Below, one piece after another: positions 39,359 to 53,180 of a DNA stretch of 64,000 nt. The notes beneath the pieces were generated by a model. It was given only the letters and a program-made list of their open reading frames with translations. It had not been told where the DNA came from and ran no database searches. The stretch is from Octopus vulgaris (lineage: Eukaryota). Each line of letters starts with the position of its first letter. The stretch's first letter is position 1. The translations under genes and the position numbers were made by a program. The stretch covers positions 65,286,001 through 65,350,000 of the forward strand of contig OX597825.1 of NCBI GenBank assembly GCA_951406725.2. The letters run 5' to 3'.

Positions 39359-39578
39359 ATTGTGTATATATATATATGTGTGTATGTATATATATATATA
39401 TATATATATAGGTAGGTAGGTAGGTAGGTAGGTAGGTAGAGAGAGATAAATAAATACATATATATATGCATGTGTATGTATGTATATATATATATATATA
39501 TATATACACGCACACACATATATATATAATATGTGTGTATATATATAAGAAATTAGAATGACAAAGGAGTAAACAATT

Positions 39579-39806
39579 ATGCTATGGACTTCATTAGCTT
39601 ACACCTGTTTCTACTATTAGATACAAGGCACGTATAGTTGAATGCTTGAGTATCAACCCTACTGCGTCTTCGGAATTTCAGACATGTTTCTATTTTTTTC
39701 ATGTTTGAAGATCTGATTAAGCTATAGGGTGATACTCAAGCACTCATCGATGAGTACATAACATCTCATAGTAGAAAAAGCTGCATGTTAATGAAGTTCA
39801 GAACAT
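39579..39806. mobile_element. Inverted pair of PLE-like termini forming a ~230-bp imperfect palindrome with two decayed hammerhead halves
   Basis: Outer arms gacttcattagcttacacctgtttctactattagat / atctcatagtagaaaaagctgcatgttaatgaagttc. Inner arms tgcttgagtatcaaccct / agggtgatactcaagca. The + strand has cGATGA-GTAC...GTA-GAAA-aAGCTG and the - strand has GAAA-CAGGTG-TA. Confidence 0.5.
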
Positions 39807-40612
39807 TCTGAAGAGGATGTGTATAATAAGCCCTATCACCAGGATATTGGTATTGTTATATCTGAGCGAAATACCAGTATATATATGTGCGTTCCGTTCG
39901 ACGCTCTTCTTTCATTCAGTCGGTAATCAGAAACATCACAACAATGCAAGGACTGCAGATAGCGAGAAATTCTCAGTAGCAGCCGAATGAACTATCAGCT
40001 TCTAATGAATAAATCTAAAGTTCATCAAGTATTGTGTAATATATCTCCTGCGTGTATATCGAAACATATGTATGTATTTTTTATACTTTGATTCGGTCAA
40101 CGTCATTACTAGAAGTTGTACAAAAATTTGCATAAAATATCGGTAGGATTTATAATATATAAACCATATATGTCACTAGACGGCCGAAATATATTTTAGT
40201 ACAGGTTTAATATATTTCAAAATTGGCAATTTACGACCTATGGATCGGTTGTATGACAAGTTTTAGTATTAGTTTATATTATGAATACATTTTATTAATC
40301 AAAAGAATAAAAATAGAATTATGCTATTAATGAATATGGGAGTATAAGACAATGTATTTTATAAATAGTAGAACAGACCATTGAACGGTTGAGCATTAAA
40401 GGCTAACAATAAGTATGGAAATACAAATCGGACTTTGAAGAATAGTGTCGGCTCTTTCACAAGTAAATATGCATATCACATTGCATATTCTAAACGTCAA
40501 TCAAGTTTGTATTGAATTCTCCTTCATCACCGCACGTATTTCCTGTGATAATATACATACATACATAACATAAATACACACACACACACATACACACACA
40601 CATACATACACA

Positions 40613-40656
<44 letters not shown>

Positions 40657-41599
40657 TTTTCATTCCTTACAGCAAATCAACTCACTGAACTCTACGATTC
40701 ATAATCCATTAATTTTTTCCGACACGCGCCTTTACCATTTTCCATTCCTCGAGTTCGGAATTCTGGTTCTTTCCCCTCTCCTTTTCTCTCTCTTTCTCTC
40801 TCCCTCTCCCTCCCACTCTCTCTCCCTCTCTGTTTTCTCTCTTCACTCACACACATACACGCACATATCGTTGTAAAAGCGCATTCAGTTTTCATATCAA
40901 TAATCTAATACTACTAACGTACATAGTTCTGTTTTTCCTATCGAGGAATTTTTTTGTTCTTTCCTTTATCTAATAATGTAAGCCTTGGAGAGAATTGGGG
41001 AGAATTTATGCTGCAAGAAAGTACAACATACAAAGAACAATGGTTTAGTATTCTAATCGAATCTCTATTCTTATTGATTATGAAAATGTTGGTGTTAAAA
41101 GCATGGAATTGAGTAATGCTCTGCTAACAAGAATATATCCGAGAAATAAGGACTCATTAATTCGCTCTTTCATCAAATCGTTATTCAAATAAACATAACA
41201 ATTTTCACCCTTTTGGATCTCTCGTTAGCACAGGCATCTCATTTATTGGTTCTCAGCACGTGTGCGCTTCCATATACAGTTTCGCAACACTGAATCGTTA
41301 AATTGCAGGAGCTGGATCTTTGGAAGCTTATGAATTGATTAATGCCCCCTGATATTTGGAATAGCTGACGCTATTGATTAAGTTCCTATATGGAAGGTCG
41401 GAAATATCGTATGCTGATCTTTGATGATTGAATTAATATTAAATAAAGCATTGCTTTGTAATTCGACTGTTCAATATAGTCATGGTAAACTAGGCAAAAT
41501 AAAATTCTCGAACGTCTTATATATATACATATTTCTGTAAAGGGATTTGTCTATATAAGCGGGTGTATATATGATGTCTATTCACGCAATGAAGGTACG

Positions 41600-41930
41600 T
41601 GGGAGGCTGAAGGTAGTTAATTTTTGCATTAGGTAATGTATTCCTACGTACTTCTATAAAACGGACTAATCATGACTGAAACACCTTTAATCATAAGTCT
41701 ACTCGATTAGGGGTAAATTGGAGGTCGCACAACAACAATAACAACAATGAGAGAGTCCTCCGCATGGTCAGTTCATCGGCTAGAAATAACGTAAATCATA
41801 CCAAAGCGTTTTAAACGTTTGATAATGCCGTTTCTAATATACAGTAAGACGGTATATTTACAGTTTGAATGCATTTGATCATAAGTCGTTTATCGCAGGA
41901 CTTACTCGGGGTTGATAATAAGAACAGCAT
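41600..41930 (+). mobile_element. Old dispersed repeat family E (related diverged copies near 8930-9530, 19080-19200, 27020-27200, 51960-52320, 62320-62520)
   Basis: Recurrent motif ggtca..gctggaatg..tttgatcataagtc..ctcgat.agg...caacaacaac. Boundaries are approximate. Confidence 0.45.
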
Positions 41931-41965
41931 GGTAAAAATATTAAGACTCAACTAAACATGAAATA

Positions 41966-42529
41966 TTGGGTTGTTCGGAAATTTCTTGCCGATTTATAGT
42001 AACTTACATTTCGACTTATTTTAGAACATAGTTGAGTCCATAAAATAGGATTTGACTACACTTCCATTTAGAGCACAGTTTAAGCTATCTTTTCGTGGAA
42101 GAAGATTTATGTTCCTATAACCTGTGTTAATTCGGTAACCCTTTAAAATGGAAGATAAGAAAGTTCATTTTCGGCACTTGATGATTTGGAAACCAGACAA
42201 AAATTGCTGCAGCTCGGCTGGGTTGTGCTACTCCCACCCTCCATATTCACCAGATATAGCTCCTTCGGATTTCCACTTCAGGTCTCTGCAGAATAGTCTT
42301 AATGGTAAAAATGTCAATTCCTTGGATGACGTAAAAAGACACCTTGATGAATACTTTGCGATGAAACAACTTGAATTCTGGGAAGAGGATATTTTCAAGT
42401 TAAAGGAAAGATGGAGACTCATTGTGCAACGAAATGGTTCATATTTGGTTGATTAAAAATGTAATGACAAATATTTATTGACCTTTTTCTTTCTTTTAAA
42501 AATCGGTACGAACTTTCCGGGCAACCCAA
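41966..42529 (+). mobile_element. Internally deleted mariner (Tc1/mariner DD34D) element, mellifera-like
   Basis: Flanked by TA at 41964-65 and 42530-31. About 30-bp TIRs (ttgggttgttcggaaatttcttgccgattt / aaatcggtacgaactttccgggcaacccaa). It contains ORF 42148-42456 with the mariner N-terminus MEDKKVHFRHLM and the C-terminal HPPYSPDIAPSDFH motif. Confidence 0.93.
42148..42456 (+). pseudogene. Mariner transposase remnant (N-terminus fused to C-terminal ~75 aa)
   Basis: Contains the YSPD(I)APSD motif and a C-terminal ..KLKERW..IV..NGSY. The HTH domain, the WVPHEL region and the first two catalytic Asp residues are deleted. Confidence 0.88.
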
Positions 42530-42756
42530 TAAAAACATGAAGGGTCCTAAGTCTCTAAATGAGTTTCGATCCATTTTGAAAGTGTAACAGAGGTGACAGA
42601 TAAGTATTTCCCTGAATAAGACTCCAGGTGATGGCAGTTGAAAGGGTTTGCAAGCAGATTTATCTCTAATTATTCTAGAATTCCGGAAAGAAGTTTAAAT
42701 CAGTCAATACTAAGAGCTAAAGGCTGAATAAATTGATTGTAAATGCAAATAACTGT

Positions 42757-43053
42757 GGAGGCACAATGGCCTAGGGGTTAGGGCAGTGGACTCGCAGTCG
42801 GAAGATCGCGGTTTCGATTCCCAGACCGGGCATTGTGTGTGTGTTTATTGAGCGAAAACACCTAAAGCTCCACGAGCTCCCTCAGGGACTGGTGGCGACC
42901 CCTGTTGTACTCTTTCGCCCCAACTTTCTCACACTGTTTCTTGAGTAACGCTGCGATGGACTGGCGTCCCGTCCAGCTGGGGGGAACACATACGCCATAG
43001 AAACCGGGAAACCGGACCCCATGTGCCTGGCTAGGCTTGAAAGGCTGAAAAAC
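42757..43053 (+). mobile_element. SINE C variant with V-domain-like 3' module
   Basis: tRNA-like head, then 3' gctgcgatggactggcgtcccgtccagctggggg...gaaaccgggaaaccgg. TSD aatg(c/t)aaataact. Confidence 0.85.
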
Positions 43054-43500
43054 AATGTAAATAACTACGATCCGTTACTTGGATTTTAGAGTTTAAGCTT
43101 TAATACTTTTCCTCCTGGTATCATTACATTAAGATGTGGAAAACACATCTCCCTCGAGTTTAAAAGGGTTCAGTCCGGTCGCATCTTATCTGGTCCCTAT
43201 TAGCAAAGCTGAATTATCTGCATCGCAAACTACAACAAATAAAACACTTATAAGATATTCACCACTTGTTCCGAAATTTTATAGACACATGCTTATTTTG
43301 TTACAATTAATTCTGAAGATAGAGAAGAATTTACTAAATATCTATTATTATAAAGTAAGTGTTTGGAAGGTTCGATGGAAGGTTGGATTACTTTAAATCA
43401 GGAAGTTTGTATCATAGAACCAAGTGTTCGGTGGATTAGTGTCATATGAGTTCTGAGCTACGAGTTTTGTTTCGATTGTCGATTGATGAAATCTTAAATA

Positions 43501-44022
43501 ACGTAAATCCTCGAGTATAGTCCGCCCTTGAGTATAATACGCAGGGTTTTTTTTAGGGGGATGTACCTCTGAAAAGCCTAAACCTTATGTATAATAGGCA
43601 CCCTTTCTCTAACTTGAGTCGTGCGTAATTAAGACAGCAGCACCTAATCGAACAAACGCTTCCGCGCATGCGTAATACAATAATGGTGATGTTCTCAACT
43701 GTTATATGGGAATGTAAATGTTTGCAAATTGTTTTTTGTTACAGGTTATTCTGTATTCGGAATACTTTAATTTTAATAAATGTTGCTTGCTGGAAGTTAT
43801 GGATGATTCTTTTATGACTTCATTGCTTTCAGGCTTCGCTTAAGGTATTTTCGCGACCGACATCACAAAATACGTCTGAATAAACATTGCCGGAGAGCAA
43901 ATAGAGACTCGGACATTGCTTAGAATATAAATTTTCATTTGTAACCTCGTATATAGTACGCACTAGGTATTTTGACCTTTACATTTTGGGAAAAAATGCA
44001 GATTATACTCGAGGATTTACGG
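43501..44022. mobile_element. MITE, Tc2/pogo-like (CCGTA termini)
   Basis: Flanked by TA at 43499-500 and 44023-24. TIRs (a)CGTAAATCCTCGAGTATA / TATACTCGAGGATTTACGG. Subterminal repeats of the type gagtata(a/g)tacgca. No ORF. Confidence 0.85.
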
Positions 44023-44686
44023 TATGCATCGTAGTGTTCAAGCCTTATATTCTGCTACGTACACAAGTTTGTGCCTTAAGCTTAGATGCTTTCTATTCAA
44101 GTAATGCTGGCTAAACTTGCTGTAAATAGTTCATATACTACGCTTGAAATCACTGCTTAAAGATGCGAGCAGCTTACAACTAAGACAAAATTACTTCTTT
44201 TATGTTCTCGGCGTTTAAACAAAGTGCAGGAGCCAGTAATGTTAACTAATTCACACCTCACAGCAAATACACATGCTGAGTTTCTTATAGAATGAACTAA
44301 TTAACCCGCTTTGTAGATTAATTGTTACGAACACATTCCTATCCCAGTTACCACGGCTTGCCGGATATTACATTATTCACTATTGTCGATTTGTACTAAA
44401 TTTGTTTTCTGAACGGTTAGAGTAATTTTTAGATGAATAGACTCCAAAGCAGTAATTTACTCTCGAAACGCAGTATAAATGATTAAGAGGATATCGGTGT
44501 ATCACACTACACTAATCTTAATGAAACTTGCTTGCTTTAGACTTACAGTACGAGTTCCGACACGCGATAATGAAACGTTTCTTAAAATCATTCTAAACAC
44601 CATTTCCTTGAGGAAGAATACAGAAATAAACTGTCCAGCCATGTATGTATTCTAAGATTACGATTGTAAGTGCAGTTTAATATCTG

Positions 44687-44723
<37 letters not shown>

Positions 44724-44994
44724 TATATATATATGTCCATGGATGTATTTCACTCACTGTCAGTAACTCTCTCTTTCACAATTTATATTTATATATATAT
44801 ATGCACTTATATACATATATTATGTATGACATATGTATGCATATATATGCATGTACATATATATACATGCATGCATGTATGTATATATCTATCTCTCTCT
44901 CTATATATATATATATATATAAATATATATATATATACGCACATACATACAAATATAGTAAACTTCCGTTTATGTATATACGTGTATGAGGATG

Positions 44995-45036
<42 letters not shown>

Positions 45037-46881
45037 TACATACAAATAAAGTAAACCTCCCTTTATGTATATACATGTATGTGGATGTATATATAGATAA
45101 ATAGATATATCCATACATGCATACATACATACATACCCATATATATATATATATATGTATACACACGCACATACACACAGAATATTCTTCCTGTAAAACA
45201 TCTATGTATGGATTCATTTTAACCATGGATTCCATTAGAACTCTATATTTAAACTGTAATTGCTTTAAGAAAATGAATAGCTTCAATCTTGCATTTTCGC
45301 CGGCGGTTATAAAGTATTGCTTTGTAGCACTCTCGTGTTACTTCATCTAATAATATGTTTATATAATAAAGATATGGCGACATTTCAACTTGAATACAAT
45401 TCATATTTCCTGTCATCTTGCCATTTATCTCTGCCATGTTTTACAACAATACTTTAGTAGGAATTCTCTAGTGTTTCTTAGCTTTCTAAGGTAAATCATA
45501 TGATATAGAAACGAACCCTTAAATGTTATTCTGTTTTTACGAAAGGGATAAAAACAGCAAATATTAAGAGAAAAACAAAGTGACACAAAGAGAAGGTCAC
45601 TCGCCCAGAGAGACGTGTGTATGTGTGTGTGTGTGTTGAATTGTATTTGCAATAACAAACTTAAAATACATATATAGTTGGATATCTCAATCTTGAATTA
45701 TTCTTCAATGAAATTTACTATGATATATCAAAAATGAGAGATACAAAAAATGGAATTCACGAGTTTCTTTATTTAATCACAACGTTTGTTTCAACCCATC
45801 TTACATCGAGTTAGATACTGTACAACTGGTTGTGATACATTCTTCCATGTAGCTCTGTCTCGTAAGATGACTTTTTAAAAAGTTGCCTCACTCAATATAC
45901 TTGGTTTAGCTTGGTTCTATTCTAAAGCATGTCGCTATTTGTCTGTAGCTGGTTGTCTGCTGGTTCTGTCGTTGTCGGTTGTTCGTCGTAAATCGACTTT
46001 GACTGTTCTGCTCAGAACAAAATTCCTTTGCACGGTGAGTAAGGTAGTTGGCGTCTTCTCCTTGCCAGATTACCGCTCTGGGCCTCCGCACCAAATACCA
46101 AGTAGTGTACAAAAGTGCAACGAGCTGGGTCTACGATAAGTCTGCCCTGAAGTTGCATCTCACTTGCTAGTTGACGACTAACCGTTGTCTGTTGATAGAG
46201 ATCTTCCACTTAGCTGCAATGACATTCAAACCGTTGTTCTAGGGCACTTCTATCTTGTCGTTTATCCAAAGTTCTACTGCCAACGTCTCCATCGTATCCC
46301 TGATACCTGGGGTTAAGGGGTTACTAGCACAAAAGAATTACTCGATACTATGAGAAGTAACAACTATTATGCAAAGGTAATAAAAATTCATACATACGAC
46401 TATACAATGAATATTAGTCGGGAGGCTTAGATACATGCTAAGCCTTATATACTAGACATACTCACAGAGATCTAGGAATTACAGTCTATGTTCATCTAAG
46501 CAGGTAATTAAATATTTCACTTTTATGAGTTTAAATTCTACTTCATGTGGATTTATCTAACACAGAGCTAGGTACGTGCATTTTAGAGACACAATCTCAG
46601 AAGATGTTTTCACTATTTTTGTATCTCAGCTATTTCCTGTTGATATATAAAGAAACCAATGCTTTCGTTTGTCCGTTTCTGATCAGTTTACAAAACCATA
46701 ACTCTAGATGCCAATGTCAACGGCTGCTATAAATCAGTTGTTGACATTCTGACTTGTTGTTTCATAGCGAAATGGTGAACGCTTCATCCTTCGATCATCT
46801 TTGAGATAACATATTCACCATTTTGGTTGTAAGTGCTTTAGAACATTTGTATGACTCGCTGGTACATTTTACAGGAAGCGA

Positions 46882-47267
46882 GGAGGCGCAATGGCCCAGT
46901 GGTTAGGGCAGCGGACTCGCGGTCATAGGATCGCGGTTTCGATTCCCAGACCGGGCGTTGTGAGCGTTTATTGAGCGAAAACACTTAAAGCTCCACGAGG
47001 CTCCGGCAGGGGATGGTGGTGATCCCTGCGGTACTCTTTCACCACAACTTTCTCTCATTCTTACTTCCTGTTTCTGTTGTACCTGTATTTCAAAGGGCCG
47101 GCCTTGTCACTCTCTGTGTCACGCTGAATCTCCCCGAGAACTATGTTAAGGGTACACGTGTCTGTGGAGTGCTCAGCCACTTACACGTTAATTTCACGAG
47201 CAGGCTGTTCCGTTGATTCGGATCAACCGGAACCCTCGTCCTCGTAACCGACGGAGTGCTTCCTCCC
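46882..47267 (+). mobile_element. SINE C, full length with alternative 3' module
   Basis: Head ggaggcgcaatggcccagtggttagggcagcggactcgcggtc and a distinct 3' half ending cgtaaccgacggagtgc. 13-bp TSD ttacaggaagc(g/a)a (46869-81 / 47268-80). Confidence 0.9.
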
Positions 47268-47463
47268 TTACAGGAAGCAAAACATATTTGTATACGGCAA
47301 ATGTTCCAAAATTTTCATTGTACACTAAGACCTGTTCTTAATTACACATCCGCTTCAAATACCATAAGACGAAATTTTCATTTTATAAGGCATGTTGGAA
47401 TGATGATATTACCTTCTTTCGTTCTAAATCTCTCGAAGAGAGATATTTATTAACAGTTCCTTA

Positions 47464-47653
47464 AAGTAAAGACTATTTGCTAGCATAATGCGGCTGTCCT
47501 GGATGGGACAAATGTTACTGTTGTTTAACCCATGGAAACATCGACAATATAGTGTCGTATAACCAGCCTGAAATGATGTTTCCTGTGGCTATACGACAGT
47601 AACAAGCGTCCCTTGCAGGACAGCCACATTATGTTGGCAAATAGTCTTTACTT
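47464..47653. repeat. Long fold-back inverted repeat (about 79-bp arms, 32-nt loop)
   Basis: aagtaaagactatttgctagcataatgcggctgtcctg...ggaaacatc pairs with gatgtttcc...caggacagccacattatgttggcaaatagtctttactt. Confidence 0.92.
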
Positions 47654-48592
47654 GTTTCTCGCTTCCTTTCAATTTTCTATGATTTAAAAAAATACATTTC
47701 AAGTTCTTAATTACTTCCTTCTTTATATGTAGGAGTAGTTAATGGTTTATCCATATCAGATTGACATATAAAGTAATAGATTTGTGATGTTTTTGGCCAG
47801 CTGTGTTTGGGCCAGAATTGGTTAGATAGAGAATAACGTTGATAAGGGAGTCTTTGAGCTTCTTGAATTTATCCACATTTCTGTCTCCTGTGGGTGTGGT
47901 TATAAGTATTTATGAGTGTCAATGGCATTTATTTTTTTCTGTTTACTTTTCACTTGTGAAGTTCGTGCTTGCTTTCTTCTTGTTTATATTAATCCTCCTT
48001 TTTTTTTTTTTTTTTTTGTTATTGCTTTTCTGTTTTCATACATTTCCATTTCTGTCAAAAATATAAATGAAATTACAAGCAGATACGGATTGCTATAAAA
48101 AACATTATCCAACAGATGACTTCCGGCAGTTGTAGTGAAATTATTCCTGTGACGGCCTTGTTGCTGTTCGGTGACATATTTTGACATGTCGTAGTATACA
48201 AGAACATCAGGAATGTAAATAAATAATATAAGAGAGAACGTAATGCATAATGTCTACATTATTAAAGCTGCCATGAGACTTCCACGGCTGCCATGTTTTC
48301 CTTTTACCATATGATCAATGGTCAAGTTAATTGGTTAAAAGTGCAACTTCGAAATGTGTGTGTGTGTGTGTAAATAAGTACACTGGCGATAATATATATA
48401 TATATATATATATAATTAACTTCCTTTCTCATACTCAGCAGTTCCCAGTTGTCATTTAGATATTGTGACACATTCCGCAATTCCTTGCATGGGAGATCAT
48501 TTTGATAAATCAAGAATTTATTTTCTTTGGTATTTGATTCATATGTATGTGTATATGTTGTCCAAATACATCCTACTCTTCTCTGATTGATT

Positions 48593-48648
<56 letters not shown>

Positions 48649-48655
48649 TATAAAT

Positions 48656-48709
<54 letters not shown>

Positions 48710-48896
48710 GATAGATGGATGGATGGATGGATGGATACATCTCCGATCGAAGTTTTTATAATATACATGTGCATTTATAAAGTCTAGTTTGTCCTAATAA
48801 TAATTATGCCTGATTGCACACATATCTGTACATGCATACATACATACATACATACATACATACATACATACATACATACATACATACACACACATA

Positions 48897-48927
<31 letters not shown>

Positions 48928-49018
48928 GCATTCTATTACTTTATTATTCCAGAGTCTGTGGATATGTAGGGCACAATATGAAATATCTATATGTGTTTGT
49001 GAATATATCTATATATAT

Positions 49019-49052
<34 letters not shown>

Positions 49053-49075
49053 ATTTATCTATGTATATAGTTGTT

Positions 49076-49123
<48 letters not shown>

Positions 49124-49726
49124 TGATACTTTTGAAGCCATTTAATCCGCCTTCTCTGAAATTTTGTCATTGAGAAAGTTTTAAATATATATACTCTAGA
49201 TCATTTATTAACATGATTTCTTACTTTCGCTCCTTTTTTCTTGTCTACTTTTAACGTAGTTTCTGATTAGGATACATCTGTGTGCTTGTGCAGGAGTGTA
49301 ATGTTTAAATAAATATATTTCTATATATATTTATTGGGGCACATAGTAATAAGTGTGCGAGAGAGTAAGGAGAAAGAAGCTCGACGAGGAGAGAGTGAGA
49401 GAAGAAGCAGGAGACAGACAGAGAGGAAGAGAGAGAGAGAAAAACTATCGATGAATGCAAATGTGTGTGTATATGTATGAATTTGCGGCGGTGGTTATAT
49501 GTAGTTATATGTAGTTATATGTATCTGCAGTTTCTTATATAGATGTGAATATTACCAGAACTTCCTTTCATTAACAAAGGATTCGCATAAGTTAATGTGC
49601 AGACTGTAATTCTATATTCTTATATGTATATATGTGTATGCACATATGTGTATGTGTGTGTGTGTGCGTGTAATGATTGTTAGATGGATAGCTAGATACC
49701 TTAAGACAAAAATATGCATACATACT

Positions 49727-49764
<38 letters not shown>

Positions 49765-50940
49765 TACATATATATAATATAAATAATAAATATATGCATA
49801 TATGGAAATAGATATATACATACATATATACATATATATATATATAAATACATACATATATACATATATATACATACATATATACATACATATATACCCA
49901 TATAGGCATGTATATATACATATATATGAAGGTATGTACATAGGTATGTATATATATATATACATATATATATATATACATAGGTATGTATATATATATA
50001 TCAATAAACCTATGTGCGGATATTCATGTATTACGATAGTGCATTATGTGCACATACACACATGCACCTATGCATGCATATGTGTATATGTATAATAAGT
50101 GATAGGTATGTTTATATATTTGTATTCGTGTTTAACACATATATGTTTATATATGTATGTATACATATATAAATAAAAATATAAGTACAGTCATATATGT
50201 TCATATATACACATATGCAGACGCGGATGCGTTCAGTGATCGTAAGCTTATGTGTGTATGTATGTATAAATATGTGTGTATAAATATATGTAAGTATGGG
50301 CGTATGTGTGTGTGTGCGTGCACATGCGTTTGCATTTATACTTATATATATATATATTGATATATATATATATATATATTTATAAGCATACCTATACTTG
50401 TTTCCTTGCATGCATATGTATCTCTGTATGTGTGCGATTTGTCACGGATAAAATTACTGAAAGCGTAGCCGGTAACACGAGAAAGATTTTATTAGTTGTG
50501 AAAAAAAAAACAGATGAAGATAAAGAAATAAAATTCGCCTAGGAATTTCTTTATTACATTTCGCGATGAATATACAAATCATTAGTTATATACCTAAATA
50601 AATATTCCACACGAAATTCGTTAGTTTGAAATGTGCTGGCCATTAGGTTTGTACATTGGATTCGATTACTATGGAATGTAATTCTAGATAATGTGTTGTG
50701 CATGAATTAATGTAAATATGTATGTAAGAGAACGTGAGAGCATGCGCGATTATATATGAAGTGTGAGCGTCTGTAAGTATATATATATATATATATGTGG
50801 GGGGGGATTTCACTGTGAGTATATCTGAGGTAAAATTGCATATGTATTGGATATATATCTTATATGTTCCTTCACGGTATTGTATATGCATACGCATATA
50901 TATACATACATACATATATATGCATATATGTATGTGTAAG

Positions 50941-50979
<39 letters not shown>

Positions 50980-50984
50980 ATGTA

Positions 50985-51032
<48 letters not shown>

Positions 51033-51062
51033 TGTATATGTATATATATGCTTATATGTATA

Positions 51063-51106
<44 letters not shown>

Positions 51107-51248
51107 TGTATGTATAGAGAAAGAGGGAGAGAACGAGTTTAGTGTTTAAGCGCAAATATTTTTTTATAATATACATTAATACATTAATATATATATACGG
51201 ATAAGTATGTATATATATCTATGAATATGAACAGATACATGTCTGCTT

Positions 51249-51300
<52 letters not shown>

Positions 51301-51351
51301 CGTATCTATATATGTATATATGGAGAGATAATACGCATATTCAGACTGATA

Positions 51352-51390
<39 letters not shown>

Positions 51391-51400
51391 CTGCATATAC
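48593..51400. repeat. Extended microsatellite-rich block: (GATA)n, (TACA)n, (TG)n, (TA)n
   Basis: Direct inspection. Confidence 0.92.
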
Positions 51401-52993
51401 GGATGCATATAAGCATAATCCTAATCGTCATAAGCTGTAGGCTGATACATTCATACATACATACACACATATATAAGTTTACATGTTTATGTGTGTGTGT
51501 GCACATATATGTGTGCAGATGCGTGTTTGTGCCATGAGTTGCAGCAAAATTGCTGTAAGTGTCATGTGGAAGTAATTTTGAAATGTTTAAAAGTGTTCAG
51601 TTTCTCATTATATTCTTTTATTACCATTTTCGTTCCTTCACCTCAACTTTGTCCCATTATTTCGGATTTAACACTAAAGTTTGTTGTTATTTATTTATCC
51701 TTCTATATAATTAGTCAGTCCGTGTTCACTACTTGTTTTCCTGCTGTAAGATGGATGATTTCCACTAATGGAAGTGAAGCATTTGTCACGTTTTACGAAG
51801 GGAATATTTCGTTCATTTCTTGGTGATGTCCATAGCTTCAGGACATTTAAAATGAATCTGAAATTTGCCTTAACCACCGTCATGCATAGAAAATTTCATC
51901 CAAAATATATCTGTAAGAAATCGCAGGAAAATATCCTCCAAAAACACATCCAACTCGCTCAAAAATGAATGACTGCTGGACGACATTTTTTTCTGTCTGA
52001 AATACAAGGATAAGATGATTGCAGCTAGAATACGTCTTACTCAAACATTGAAAAATTAATGGCTTAATAACAACAACAGTAACCAGTAATCAACATTTCT
52101 TTTATTTGACACAATACCATTTTAGAAATGGAAGGATGGACAAGAGATTCAAGAACTAGATGCGAATTTTTCTTTTCGTTGCTGTATTTTTCTGGACTAA
52201 AGCTAGACAAACGAAAGTTCGGACACCTTTGATCAGTTTTAGGCACAGACGAAAAACAATGAAAATACTGCAAAAGCCAACCAAGACATCCAGAGGAAAT
52301 TAAATCACATTAATTTGTATCATTATGAGAAGATTAACTAACCTGCTATCCATTTGTCGCAAATGAAAACATCATTTCTGTATCGGAGATTTTTATTTTT
52401 CGACAAGCAGTCAAATAAATGCATTCGGACGCACAGTTAGAATGCATTTGGAAAATCCGGACTTTCTTGCTTATTGCTCGAGTGCTCAACTTAAAATAGG
52501 AATCATTAATGAGAGAAGAAAGGAATACAATTCCTTTTGTTTTCCTGCATCTCTGCATATAATCCATCCAAGAAAGATTGTTGTTAGCTTGAAGGAGTAT
52601 AGCTGAAAATGGAATCATCAAGATCTGAATTTGTGTTGCCAAAAATGAGGCATTCTCTTTGACGAAAATATCATTGAAGGATTTCTAAAGTAAGGAGTTG
52701 TATGAATGTGCTTCGCACCGTTTATAAATCAACACATTTTTCCCGGACCTTCAGTAACCGGTATTATTATATGCATAATTATTTTCCTAATCTAGTCAAT
52801 GAAAACTTTATGAGTTTTGGCCATGAGTTTAGTTCTTTGGTTAAGAACTAAACGGTTACGCTTATCTCTTCAATACCACCTATCTCATCATTTGTACAGA
52901 CCACTCAGTTACTGGGTATTTACCCAGTAAGCTCTGCTCAAGTATTCCTAACTTTCAGCAGATATTTATCTGCCAATATCATACTCAGTATTA

Positions 52994-53180
52994 AGACAGC
53001 GAGCTGGCAGAATCGCTAATACACCGAGCAAAATGTGTCCATCTGAACATTCTGAGATTCAATTCCTCCAAGGTAGTCTTTCCCTTTCATCATTTTGAGG
53101 TCGATAAAATAAGTACCAGTCGGGCACTGGGGGCGGGGGCCGATGTATCGACTTAAACCCTCCCCTGAAATTGCTGACCT
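52994..53180 (+). mobile_element. SINE A, diverged
   Basis: gcgagctggcagaatcg head and family core. Confidence 0.75.

Noticed and set aside
39950-40015. CTGCAGA...AGCCGAAT followed by AATAAA
   Set aside because: Both core boxes are mutated, so it is too degenerate to call a hammerhead.
42148-42456. Functional transposase or SETMAR-like gene
   Set aside because: The DNA-binding domain and two catalytic residues are deleted, and the ORF lies between TIRs of a 564-bp element.
46882-46960. tRNA gene-like sequences (also at 19470, 42757, 63117 and the SINE B heads)
   Set aside because: A and B boxes are present, but there is no proper acceptor stem or cloverleaf, and each continues into a SINE body with TSDs.
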